From Raillietiella orientalis (Eukaryota): a stretch of 64,000 nt of DNA. The notes beneath the pieces are model-generated. The model had not been told where the DNA came from. It searched no databases and saw nothing but the letters and a program-made list of their open reading frames with translations. Below, one piece after another: positions 36,148 through 48,700 of the stretch (position 1 is its first letter; every line of letters begins with the position of its first letter). Position numbers and translations under genes: made by a program. The DNA is taken from the NCBI GenBank assembly GCA_036172245.1, contig JAYWIR010000008.1:1674001-1738000 (forward strand). The letters are read 5' to 3'.

Positions 36148-37759
36148 CAGGAGTCCGGTGAGCTCGAAAAGGAGCGTCCCCTAGAGAATCATGGAGGAGA
36201 TGAGCCCGGAGCAGTGATGCCTTCTGGAGGTGGAGGATGCATCTTCCTCTTGAGAAGAAGGGGGATTGAAAGCAAACGGAGTGGGTCCTGGGCAGTAACA
36301 GGCGGTGCCGACGTCCAGTGGGAGGAGCATAAGACGAAGGGAGGAAGTCCCATTCCCAGGGTCACTAACAGATTCTGGGTGGGCTCGGGGACCCATTATC
36401 ATTTGAAGAGAGGGAAGACGTAGCCATCTTCATCGCAGTGGTTCACAAGAACGAGCGAGAGGACCCGGGACTGCTCTTCCGATACAGCATCCCTAGCAGC
36501 GGATGCTGAAGTGGCTGCAAGGCTCAAGATTTTGCGTTCGACTCCCCCCCTTGCATCGAGGGGTCCATCCCTGCCGAGCAGCAGGGTCGAGGTCTCGAAG
36601 AGACGCTCCAGAGCCTAGGAAGGAGGGTGGCTTCGCAGGATTAGCCCGGTGAACGGGAGGGCGCTGTATCCCGATGGAGTCTTCGTAGGGTCGAGCATGC
36701 GCACTTCCCATTCATCTCTTCCTCTGAACTTCGCTGCCCACGCGTATGTGTCCGGGAGCTTCCAAGCGGCGGTGACAATAGACCATCTGTTCTTGGGGTC
36801 AGGAAGGGGGATGCAGAGAGGGGAGACTCAGCAAGCCTTCGCAGCCTTGGAAGGAACGTGTGCACCGACCCCTGTCGATTCCCTTCGACGGTTTCAACGC
36901 AACGACTTCGTCCTCTACTAGGCAGCGCTCTTTAAGAGAAGAAAGCGACCTCGATAACTCAGACGAAAGGTCACTTCCTGGAACTCTAGATGGCAGTTAA
37001 AGAGACACCCGATGAGTCTAGAATAATGTTCCAGTGGACTGACTCCCACCCGAGGGAGGGGAAGGAGAACAAAGATGCTGGGCGGCCACGAGATTCTGGT
37101 CCATGCATCCCGTGTTTCCAGGAGTTTCTTGCAGCCCTTTGGATGTAACGAGGCAGAGAGTTTGGAAATTTATTCCTTGTTATCCTTCTTCTCATATTCT
37201 TCCACTACCCCCCATCTACTTCCCCCGCAGGCGCAGTCGAGGGCAAGAACCATAGAAGAGTAGCCGCAGAGGACTTAAAGTCTCCGGGCTGTCGGGGAAT
37301 CTGCGTACGCATCTGCTTCCGAGGAGCCTTCGCTCTCGAGCGAAGGGCATTTACTTAACCACGAGGCGCGCTACAGCTTCTTCTGGAAGCTCATTCAGAG
37401 GCGCAGACTCTGCATCTTCGGTAGCAGACACGGGACTCGAGTCTTCCTCTTTGACTTCCCGATTCGCGAAACGCGCGGAGAGTCCAGAGTCAGTGAGACC
37501 TGAGGGGTAGGCGACCCTCGAACAGCATGCAAGACCCATACACCTTTCTGTCTCCTTCCTGCCGCCGCCATCGCCGAAACTTCCCGAAGACCACGATCTC
37601 TGTTGCTAAGCCTCAAGAAAACACAAGTTCTTGCTGTGTTGCAGCCTTCGGACTCCCAAGGCGTCCCCTTCCTAGAAGTCCCTGGGAAGCTGGGCGGGGA
37701 GCCAAAGGAACGGGAGACAGAGTGGAGGAAACGACCGAGTGCCTCTTCTTCCGGATGCA

Positions 37760-37792
37760 CAGCAGCAGCAGCAGCAGCAGTAGCAGCAGCAG
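37760..37792. repeat. (CAG)7 TAG (CAG)3 trinucleotide microsatellite, followed by CTGCTG
   Basis: Read directly from the sequence. Confidence 0.95.
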
Positions 37793-40700
37793 CTGCTGCG
37801 GTGGAGGCGGTGGAGACGACGACGAGTCCGAAAACAGTGAGAGGAGGGAAGGTGAGTCTCCGGACCACAAGAGGTCATAAAAGGGTACCGCCTTTGCAGG
37901 ATACAGCTGCTTGGTCTGCCAGGAGGGCTTCTCCCACAAGAGGGACTTCTACGAGCACCAGATGTCCAGCGGGCACTTTGGGTGAGTTCGAAGGGACTGG
38001 ATCTCCCGAAAGAAGAGCTGTTGATTCTTCCCTTGCCGCCGTCTGGTAGAATGCGCGGCTGTTCTCGGAGTGGATCAATTTCTCCTCTCAACTGATTGCG
38101 CAAAAGATCTCCCTTTGCCCCTTCCGGTCTCCGGAGGACCTCGATCCCGGGTAGCCGACGAGTTCAGGATGATGTTCCTTGCAGCTCTTTCTGGGCAGAA
38201 GAAAGGTCCTTTTGAACAAGCGGTTGGAGGGGGGAGGTCAGATATGTGGGACCGGAAGGGTCCAGAGTTGTCCATGATTGAAGACAGCGATTAGCTCCGG
38301 AACTAGGCGCAGAAATTTCGGGAAGGGGCGACGGGGAAGGGAACCGCACTGCCTACAAGGGCAGCGTGGAGACGCGTGGGCCAGCAGGCGGTGTCGCCGT
38401 CTATTCTCACTCACCCTCTTTCCCTTTCCCTGGATACAACGGCTAGAAAGCCAACAGGAAGCATCAGAACTCTCCGAACCGAAGAGAACATGACTCCCCT
38501 TCGGGTATGTGAAGAAAGTGCGATCGTTCTTGACCCGCAATCGCTGCAAGAAGGGAAGACCTGAGGGTGACAGGGATTGGAGATAAGGGTTTATCGACTG
38601 ATCTCTCGTAGCTACAGAAGGCTCCTCCGAAGCGGAGCTCCGGCCAGCCGCCGTCATCAGTAGTTTTTCCTTTTCATGCTTCCCCTTCCTTCCTCTTACG
38701 GGTTAGTGGGTGATCCAGAAGTACTCCGGTTCTACGGGTGAGGTGACTAGAGTGAGACCTAGGATTCTGCCAGAGCCTGGCCGGGAGGGGAGCAAAGTGG
38801 GCGCTCGAGAGGCACAGTCTCCGCACTTCCGGAAAGGTCAGACCTCTTCATCTTCCCAAGCGGTAGTGGACGAACCAGAAGTTCTCAAAGCCCCTTTTGG
38901 GATCTGATAACTTCCGATGGTCCCTGATGGGGCTCATTTGGGAGCAGCGGGCGATTGCCTGTAGGCACAGGAAAGCGCTGTTTCCAGGGAAACTCAGTCC
39001 TCCCCGACGCGCTCTTCCGCTTTCTTTTCCGTTTCGAGAGCGCCCGGAGTCAAATTCTTGAGAAGTCGTTCGGAAGAAGGTGTCAGCAACGACCCTCCAT
39101 TCCCGAATTTCGTACTTCACACGCCACTCTCCCTGCAGACTTGAAAGAGAACAAGGGAAAGGAAGTCGGAGGTTACTCGGTCCCTGGGCGAAACAAAAAT
39201 CCGCCAAGGTCTCCGGAGTCAGCCGAGAGCATCTCCGTTCTGGACTTTGAACTTCCTCGGCCACAGATCAGCTCCCTTCACTTTGACAACCACCCGTTCC
39301 TCCATCTACACCAGGACACAGCCTCATCCGGCATCGCATTCAGGAGACGTTACGCGCGTTGAGACTTGGATACGGGCCAAAATCCCTTCGGAGACTGTTT
39401 GCCGACCGCCTTTGCCCAGAAATGCGTGGAGCTCTGGAACAAGTCGGCAACGCGTTCCACCCCATGTTCCACCGACTATCGCCCAGGACCGCCCTCCCCG
39501 TTGGCTGGAACCTGTGGAGTGGCATCAAAAGGGCTTCTTCGTGGGAGGTCGAAATCTCCGTCACCATTGTCGAACGAAGAGAGAACTGCGGACCAACTGC
39601 GTCGCTTACGCGCACAGCAACTGGGCGAACCGCCCCGCTGCCGCACGAACGCCATGTCGCGCCGACCGAAAAGAGGGCTTCTCGTGGGGCGGATGCCAAA
39701 GCCCTCCGCTCCCTCATGGTCGTCGCTTCCTCCTCCGTCTTTACAATCGACCTGGCCACCATCCAGCTTCCAACAAGAGTCCGAGGATCTGCAGGAAGTG
39801 TGTTGGATGATCCCCGAGAGGTATCAAAGTCTCCTAGGAGGCCCTCTCTGCTTTGCGGCTGCCGAATGGAAAGATTCGGGGCTGCTCTGGGAGGTATGCA
39901 ACAGAAGGGCATCCACTGGAGAGAGAAGAGCGTCCCTGCGCATGTAACGACCGGCGCAGGAGCAGGCGGCAGGAAGCGGCGCTCACCATCTGCGCTTCCC
40001 TACAGGAAAGCAGGGCGGAGAGAGTGTCTTCCTTTCACAGGAGGGCAGACGACTTCTGAAGAACCTGGGCGAGGACTGTGGAAGCTTCGGAGCTCGAGTG
40101 CTTCCATCTGCAAATTTGGGAAGGGAGCTAGTAGCCTAATGGGCGGGATGATAGAGGAGGGAAAGGAGGAGGCAACAACTAAAAGATCCTGAATCCGAAG
40201 GAGGAAAGGACATCGGAGATTGCCTTCAAGAGCTTTCCCGAAGAACGTCAGAACTCGCATAAAAGGAACTCTCAGCCGGAGAAGTCGACTCTGGAAGGTT
40301 CCAAGAGAGAGCCAGGCCGCGCTGGAGGCATCGGGAAGGATGAGGTTCGCAGCCACCGAAGCGAACTTTGGGCGAAGAGCGCTTCAATGAGAAGAGGGCT
40401 TCCGGAGCAGCCAGTTATTCCCATGGCTGCCTCGAGTGCCCCAGCGCTTCCGATACTTCGTGCGGCTGAGATGCAGTCAGCCAGGTTTGATCGCGGCTCC
40501 GCAGGCAGAGAGACACTTGCAAGATCACCTGAAGCGATCGCGCGGTTGAGGCACCGAGGTAGGCGCGGCTTCTTCGTTGACCAGAGGTGCAACCCGAAGG
40601 TCGATAGGCGGCGACTTAAACTCGACATCCGTTCCAGATGCTCTCTGGAATGGTCGGTTGTCTAGCTCTTAGAGGACAGGCTGCAGCATCGAAACTGGAA

Positions 40701-42654
40701 CCGAAGAGTTTGCCCTCCCCTTTCCTCAACACCTTGGATAGGACCGACCGAAGACAAAGGTGCATTGTGCCAAGCGGAACTTTGGCAGCACAGCCATCCA
40801 AGAGTGCCGGGAAGGAAAGAGACGAAAGACTCAAGCAAAAGAGCAGCCTCAAATGGTCCATCGTGGTTTCGCCACTGCCGGTCAAAACAGAAGCAGAACG
40901 GAGGAGAAAAATCTGATCCACTTTTGAGGGGGAGCGCAGGCACCTGTGTCTCAGGAAACGCCATCGCTGGAGGCAGAATCCTTAGCATAAAAGACTGCCA
41001 CTGAGCAGCGCGTCTTCTGGCATCTTGGACCAGCGGTGCCATGGTCCAAGGAGCAAGCGCTCGTCGTTCGGCAGCGGCAGGATCCAATCGCTTCTTGTGG
41101 GGATTTCGTGATAAGGGGGGAAGAGAAGAGCAGCGACCGTAGCAACGGCTGATGGTTACTTTCTCCAAACCCAAGAATCGGAACGAAGCTACAAGTGGGA
41201 GGGAGGCGGCGGCGCCATCCAGGGAACCCAACGTGGGCGCAGGCGGAGGATGAACTGAGCTTCGGCATCCACTGATAGAGCGTCGCCCCACGCCGTTTCC
41301 AAGTGAACCCTTGGAAGCGGATTACAGGAGGGATGTGATTCTTGACATGCTGAGAGAAGCTGTTCTTCTCGACTTGTATTTGATTTGAGAAGCTCTTCGG
41401 TTTTTCGATGTGTCAGCCACGCTGCAACGAGCAAAGACGTCTCCAGGGAATCACTATAGAAGTGCCTGTGGTCATTTGGAGAATGCTATTACATAATGGA
41501 ACTCGTTTATCAGGGACAAAGAGGAACGAATCGAAGAGGAATTCCTTAAGAAAATTGTGCGATCGAATTTTTACGAAAGGAAAATTACAGGAAAGGAAAG
41601 TGTGGAAGGGATCATCCTGACGGGATGGAGAAAGGAGAGGGTCTTTGCAGTTTTAAGCAGACATGCATGGAATAAAGATGAGCTCAGCTAGAAGGGAGGA
41701 AAAAAAAAAGAATAAGAAAAAAAGTAGACGGAGGGATGAGATCTGCAAATGATAAGCTGCTATCGATCTTCATGCTAGCAGATGCGGCGGTATTTGGCAT
41801 TCCCCCCGAGTTCCCCTGGAGCTCGTTCGGTGGCTGCTCATGAGAGTGACCGAGGTGTCATCTTCCGGGAGCATTCGAAATCCGCAAGTCGTCCCCAGGA
41901 TACGAGGTTCGCGTCACTTGATGGTGCTTGCTTGAAAGTCCTCCTGAAGAGACCAAGGGCGCTCTGGAGTGTCGCGCCCAGCATGAAGCTGTGCCGCAGT
42001 TTCAACCGGCCCGAATCGAATTTTTAATGGGCTCTGTAACGCCACGATCCCGTTGGCGGGTGGAGGAGGACCACAGCGCTGCGCTCGAGTTTGTCGCCGG
42101 ACTCCGGATTTGTTTGGGTTATTCCCTTACCAGACAACAACGAAAGATCCAATCGAGCTAATTCATACATCACAGTTTCCTGTCCTCAGAGAGAGGATGA
42201 AAGAGCGTGCATTACTGGGCCTTGTCCTAAAGCAACGCGCACCCGTCCGGTGCACTAGACATTTGATCCTACCCAACCGCTGTCGATTCTACAGAGAGGG
42301 TCATTTAAAACCGGCCCTCAGAGGACCCTGTTGGGTGCGCTGCGAAGCCGAGCTTAAGACACGACGGTTTTAAGTGGCCCACAGCATATTCGCAGGATGG
42401 TTTGTTCTTTAGAAGCACGTGCTGGAACCGAGAAGATGGATGCGCTTCTAGGAGGGGAGGAGGACCAAGATCTGGAGGCTTGGGTGCCGGAAGAGGCAAA
42501 CGGCAGTGCAGGACTGGCGTGGACAGTGCTTGCTCGGAGACACAGAGTAAGTCTTGGAGGAGAAGTTCATTTTAGAAGAAACATAGGAATGGGAGTGAAG
42601 AGTTGAGAAGTTGCGGCAAGAATCTGAGCTTTCGTGAGTTCAAGACTCATCAAG

Positions 42655-42705
42655 CAGATCGACTTGAGATGAACACTCCAAGAGTGTTAATCTCAAGTTG
42701 ATCTG
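42655..42705. other. hairpin/quasi-palindrome, 24-bp arms (22/24), 3-nt loop
   Basis: CAGATCGACTTGAGATGAACACTC-CAA-GAGTGTTAATCTCAAGTTGATCTG. Confidence 0.95.
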
Positions 42706-45700
42706 TTGGCGTCGAGGAAGAAAATCTCTACTAAGACATCTCGGTGGTCACCTTAAGGGAATGAGGAAGCGGACCCCATAGCAAATGTCCTCACTCATGC
42801 TGCTTACATAACACACAAAGAAATTATTGATTCCTTATGTTCCCACGGGTCGCTACGCATGTGGAGGATGATCAGGAAGCATACCGAGCTTCGAGTTTCC
42901 TTCCCATTTAGAAAAAAAGGAAATAGGAGGCAGCCCGAAGGCATTCTGAGCCTCTGCCTACAGATTGAAAACGTCCGGGCGAAGCAGAGTCAAACAGCTG
43001 ACTAGGAGAAGACGAACTCTCCGGAAACCAGAAGGATCTCTAGGCCTCTAAGACATGGGTTGCGGGGATGCAGAAGCGGTTCACGCAAGGGAGCCTCTAA
43101 TGAATTCCCGGAGGCGCATCTGAAGGGGTTTCCAATCCAGATTTGCGCTTGCTGGCTCATCTGCTTCTCTGAGACTTCATTATGAGATGGTTGGGCGTCA
43201 AAGGAGACAAGGCATACCACACACCTGAAAGGGAGAGAGATGAGGATGCAGGCAAGCCCTGTGTAGCTAGCAGAGAAGCACGGTCAGAAATTCCAAGTAG
43301 ATGACATCCCAGAGCTCGAAGATCGGAACAACTTGTAATCGAAATGGGTCTTGAATCTTCGCAGGATCAAGCAGCGTACGCCTCACGCACCCTTTTCTTG
43401 ATTCCCAGAACGCAAGGAAAAAAACAAGAACCTCATCTGAGCAAATGCCTGAACTCTTCCTTCCCTTTAAGTCTTCACATAGATGACCACTGATTTTCTC
43501 GTCTATCCACGGCAGGCGGTGGCCTCATGCTGGAAGCAGCCTTAGAAGAACGTTGCAATTTCCAAGCGAGGTGCGCTGTCAATGGTCGAAAAAAAAAAAA
43601 AGCATGAGAGCCGTTCAGAAACAGGGGAATGTCCCTTTCTCTACGCTTCGTCTGAAGGAAGGCATCCCTCTGGAAGAGTCCAAGCATCTTCAGGGCTGTG
43701 ATAAGGAAATGGCTCTTTTCTTCCTATGCTGCTCATCCAGTGTGCGAAGCATGAAAAGAAAAGAGTCGTTTCACTGTGCGGAACCTTTTTCTGTGTTTTG
43801 AAGTGCATTCTTTTTCGCGGTCCTCCAGCGCACCTGTGTGGTCGTGCCACCAGCCCGTAGGAGCAAAAGATTTCTTCCCGGCTGGGTTCGTTGTTTTCGT
43901 TCTCCCTGACCAGTTCCCTTGCAGAAGAATCCATAACCCCATGGAGAGCTCTGCTGACCTAGTCAGAGAGCTCGGCAGAGAAGTGAATAATCTGAGAAAT
44001 CTGTCATCGCAGGGCTCTGGATGCAGACTGGGTCTGCTCTGTCCCAACTACGGCGAGAAGACAGTACCATCGCAGGATGCTATCGTGCCTCCATCCTCAC
44101 CATAACCACCAGTTGAATCTTTTTGTACCATTAGCGGGGTCTTCTCATGGGTTTCCGTGAGTGTTCACGGCTGAAAGTCCGCTAGCAAATTTTCTGGACA
44201 CAGTGTTTTCGTCCGCGTTTTTCCCAAAATTCTACTGAAATAATTTCTCTGCTTAGGGATCTTCAGAGACCTTACACCTTGTGTGCATGGCCTGCTTGTG
44301 ATGGGATCGGTTCATGTCACTATCCCAGAGAGTTCATGATCCTGTTTCTGGTACCAGCTCGGGATCGAACTTTGCTACATCCCTTAGGGGGCTGCTGCGT
44401 GCTTCACTGTCTGATTGCCGTGCTGAGAGCGGCTTCGTCATGACTGCTCCCATCGAATAGGAACCAGTAGGAGCGGACGATGCAATTTCTAAATGAGGCC
44501 AACTCTTGCTCAGAACGAGACAGCGATCGGTTTTCCTGACCTCGCAAGCATGGTCTCCTCCCTCCCTGAAGACGTTCCCGATTGCTTTTCTCCCCCTTTT
44601 TCCCCTTGTGCCATTGTGTCCGTTGAAAGCTTCGGTCTTTGGATCCGTGTTCGTGCACTCTTCTGGGTGTAATTGGGTCTGCTTCCAAACGCACTCTGGA
44701 ATCACACGCAACGACAGGTAACTACTGTCCCCTTCAAGACTCAAAGAGGTCTCAAACAGGTACCAAAGCGTACTTTCTGGCTTTCATCTTGGCCTACGCC
44801 AACAAGAATCCAGAATTCTGTAGCATTGAGATCACTCGCATTGGACGAGTGCATATTAGAAATCGAACGAAGACTATCAAACCGGAGTTTTCGCACCAGC
44901 TGAAGTCCCACCAGACAGCGGGCTGCTTTTCCCTAACCAGTGGAAAACTTGAATTTCTCTTTGAGGAGACTTTCCTGATCTTTCCCCTCTCTCTAAGTCT
45001 GAGTGAGACCTTACCGCTTCTGGAATCAGTCCGGCTCCATCTCGAAATCTCACGCAAGGATATAGTTGGTACGTCTCTTTTCCCTTCTGCTTATACAACT
45101 CGTACCGTAGGCTGCGGAGAACATCATACGATGCGCTTCCCTTAACGATTTAGGATTATTTCTATCACCATTCTTTCCCACGATCGGCAACTTTCCTCGG
45201 GGATTGCCAAACAGGAACGATCCCATCTTTTGCTGCCAGTGACTTCTTTCCCGTGGAATGTTTTCTTCCAGGGGGGCGGACACACACACACCTTCTTCTT
45301 GTGAAGAGGTGTCTCTGTGTGATCTGTTCTGTTCCCCATTATATGAGGTGTGTTTCCAAAGCTGTGGTTCCGAGTGCGTTGTCTGATGGTCGCAAGGGAC
45401 AGCCTGTCTCCCTGGCGGCTATCAGACAACTCATGTGATTCAGAGTCAAAACTACATGCGCAACATCTGCATCGATAGCACCACAAATGTCGATTTTTTG
45501 CTTTTTTTTAAAGAAAAAAATTCACAATTTATGATCATTCACAGCATTTTTGCTTATAATGAGGTACTGAATTCTTTGCCATGTTGCGTCAATGCTCCCT
45601 AATTCCGATGGTTCGACCATTAGGTTAATTATCTTGGAGTTTCCGTGTTGGGGCTGGTCTCAGAGGAGAATGAACAAAGAGATAGAAGGTTGCCTTTCTT

Positions 45701-48169
45701 CCGTTAAATGGCTATTGAATTCATAAAGAACTAAACGGAACCATTATAAAGGGGAAGGAATAAGATTACAACTATAGATAGAGCCTTTGTAATCAGCTAA
45801 TATTCCCCATCATTATTCGATCAGGTTTTCAAAAAAGATTCCAAAGGGTAAGGTTCAAAGAGGCTCCGAGGAGGGAGGGGGGAGGAAAGAAGATTCTGAG
45901 TTGGATGCAGATCGAAGATCTCGGGTTAGAATAGCTAATGGAGAGAAGTGACAAATTCATCGCCGATATGAGAAGAAGGGAGAGGTTTCAGTTCGGGAGA
46001 GCAGAAGGAATGCTCCCTCCTCTTAGAAACGAGAATTCGCGTTCTTGGAATTTCTCAAAGACAGACTTCCTAGCAGATCTCAATCGTGCATTCATTTTGG
46101 TCGCACCTCTTTGGAGGAAAAATAATGGCAGTTTCCCAATGAATATGAATCGTGCTCCCGCAGCTGCAGGTAGTTCGAATGAGGTCCAGTTCTCGCGCCC
46201 AGCTTCCCTACCGAAGACCGGGCAGAAACTCCTTGCAGCCCTCAAGAAGAAGCAAGAGGGTGGAATTCCTCCAGAGCGGAACTGCCAACGTGACCAGACG
46301 ACAGCAACTTCCTCCTATCCCGGAGGACGTGAATGTCTCCTTGCACGAGCTTTTCTGCTCCTTTCTCTGAAATCTCTCAGAACGATGAAGAACAAGTGTT
46401 TGGGTTTACTCGAAGCTTCCCATCTTTTTTTCTTTTATAATCTTTCTCATGCTTGAGCTTCGATCGGACCTGCACCCGGTTTCGTTGCAAACCTCTTGGA
46501 CTTGTGATCCTTGCGTCAAGGACAGGAGTCGCCACTGACTTGTAGTCGCACTAATCAGTTTTCCTCAAATGAGGTGCGGAAGCTGATGGTGGGTTTCTTG
46601 TCAAGAGGTGCGAGCGGATTTCAGTTTCCAACCGTAGAGCGAAATGCTGCGAAAGTGCCTCGATCCTTTCCCACGAAGAAGCCGCGGGTGGGCAGAAGGT
46701 GTGTCGGAAGAAGGAAACTAGGCTCTGATTCTTAACGCTCTTGTGGGGTGCGAAGCCGACTTTGACCTTGACATCATGGGGACCATTCTGTTCGCGTCCA
46801 CCGCAACCTTCTGTTCTGGTTCTTGTAGGTCAACCCCATCAAGCTTCCGGATTAACGTGCTGCAGCTGCTTGAGACGACAAGTTCGGATCTACGCGTTGC
46901 ACAGAGTCTGACCTCCCCAGGCCGACATGCACGTGCGGACATCACCCGGACGCAAATTCCACCGACCGTCCTTTTAGTCCGTCTTTGATAGCAAGCGAGA
47001 GATCCTCCACGAAAATTATCGACCTTCACACTGGCCCCTCCCCCATGATCACCAACAGCTCTCCGGCTGATCGATGGCGGCCCAAGTTTCGAGATCTTTC
47101 ACGGGGTCACAACTGTTTTACTAGAGGCTTTGCCTTTCTGGGTTCGAGGGGGTCGCGACGCTGGGCGAACCGCGCTCGAATGTAGAGAGGGAACGTGTGG
47201 CGAAATTCCCGTTTTCGAAGTGCACGCGCCTGCAGGGGAGCAGCGGCACATTGCGGCAGCCACGCTCATGCGTTCTTGGCCATTCCAGTAAGGGAAGTCA
47301 CTCAGGAAAGATCCCCCTTTCCTGAGCGCGTAAGGGGCGTTGGGATGGGGGATGAGGGAATGCAAGCATGGCGACACCAAGCGTGGACGAGTTAGACTTA
47401 ATTGTGAGCCGAATAGGTCCATTTGGTAGCCGGCGAAGGGAGGACGGGGGGAGGGTAACTGCCAAAGTGATGATAGCGCGTGGATAAGCAGGGAGTAAGA
47501 AAGCTCACGGGTGATGCGGAGCGCAAGCGATCCTCGTGGGGCTGCACGGCAGCAGTGCGAGAGAGCGCAGATTCGTCCCGTTTTGCTTCCAGGTATCGAT
47601 CTCCAAGGGAACCGCGCATCGTGGCAGCGCTTCTCAGAGGCAACCCGAGACTTCCGGCTATGAGTTCGCGTTTGCTTCCCGGCGCTGCCTGTCGCAGTCG
47701 GCTCCGCATGAGGAGCGTGCCGTGAATGCCGAGTGCGGTGAGCACGCCCGAGCACAGGCGACCAGCATCCGGGCTGCAGCGGGATAGGTCGCGCGCGCGA
47801 GACGCCGTTCACGGGAGCAAGGAGAGTGTTGTTGAATCCGCCGACAGTTCTCTCTCTCTCGGGGCACTCTTGTTCCCCATGAGAAGTCCCGCCGCGTCGG
47901 ACTCGCTATTGATGGGAGCCTCCTCTGTGTTTTTCAGGTGCCTCATTTGCAAGACAGTTTACCCCTGCTTCAACTCTTGGTCGAATCACAAGAACGAAGC
48001 CTGCCACTGGTCCGAGTCGGACACGGATACTTTGGCCGACTGACTCCATCGGAGACAGCAGGCTCCCTTGCCGGGAAAAGGCCGCGGATCTTGTGCGTAC
48101 ATATCAAGAAGAAAGCAAATTCTTTTTTTCACCATGAGTTTTATTCAATTTGACGACCACCATGGCAGA

Positions 48170-48700
48170 TTCTTGAAATGACATATCCGTCGGCATTTCG
48201 GTCGATGGAGGTTTTCAATTCGCGATGATGGAATTCTTTTGGGTTCTTATTCCGTCTTCCCTGCTTTCCTTCCAGCTTTCGGACGGGGGATCAGGGGTCT
48301 TTCTTCGGTTCGTCAATTGCTGTAGAACCGTTCGCCTCCTCAGGGAGAACTCATGCAGCTCTTTAGCACTGTCTACCCCACCCGAGGGTGAGTATGACTC
48401 CTCAAGTTACGAGGTAATCCTGGGTGAAGCACTCCCGATTCCAAGAAGAACTCCAGAGGGAGGAGTCTTGAGCTTGGGAGGGAACCTCAAAGGGAACCTT
48501 TTCCTTATTCTCTCCGGAGGAACCCCCCGGAAATGATCCGCTCCTTCAGGGAACCTCGAAGGGACGCTTCCAAATTTTTCTGAAGGACACTTCCGGAGAG
48601 GCAACCCTCTGAAGGAGGTATCAACTAGCTGCTACGCGCTGGGGGCTCCCCACCCCGAGGGGAGTTCTCCTGGAAAATTAAGGCAGGGACTCTCCCCCCA
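48170..48700 (-). repeat. dispersed repeat C, copy 1 (heavily decayed, frameshifted coding-like remnant)
   Basis: Its reverse complement aligns in collinear blocks with 61735-62355 (e.g. GTGTCCWTCWGARAA, TCGGGTGGSGT, AAGAGCTGCRTGAG, GAAAGCTGRAASGAAAGC). Roughly 60-70% identical; the ends are fuzzy. Confidence 0.8.

Noticed and set aside
38000..41300. Protein-like minus-strand ORF fragments (also at 6.2-6.6 kb and 59.6-60.5 kb, and plus-strand at 7.0-7.6 kb and 29.6-30.1 kb)
   Set aside because: Plausible decayed coding DNA, but there is no paralog in the window and no recognisable motif to support a call.
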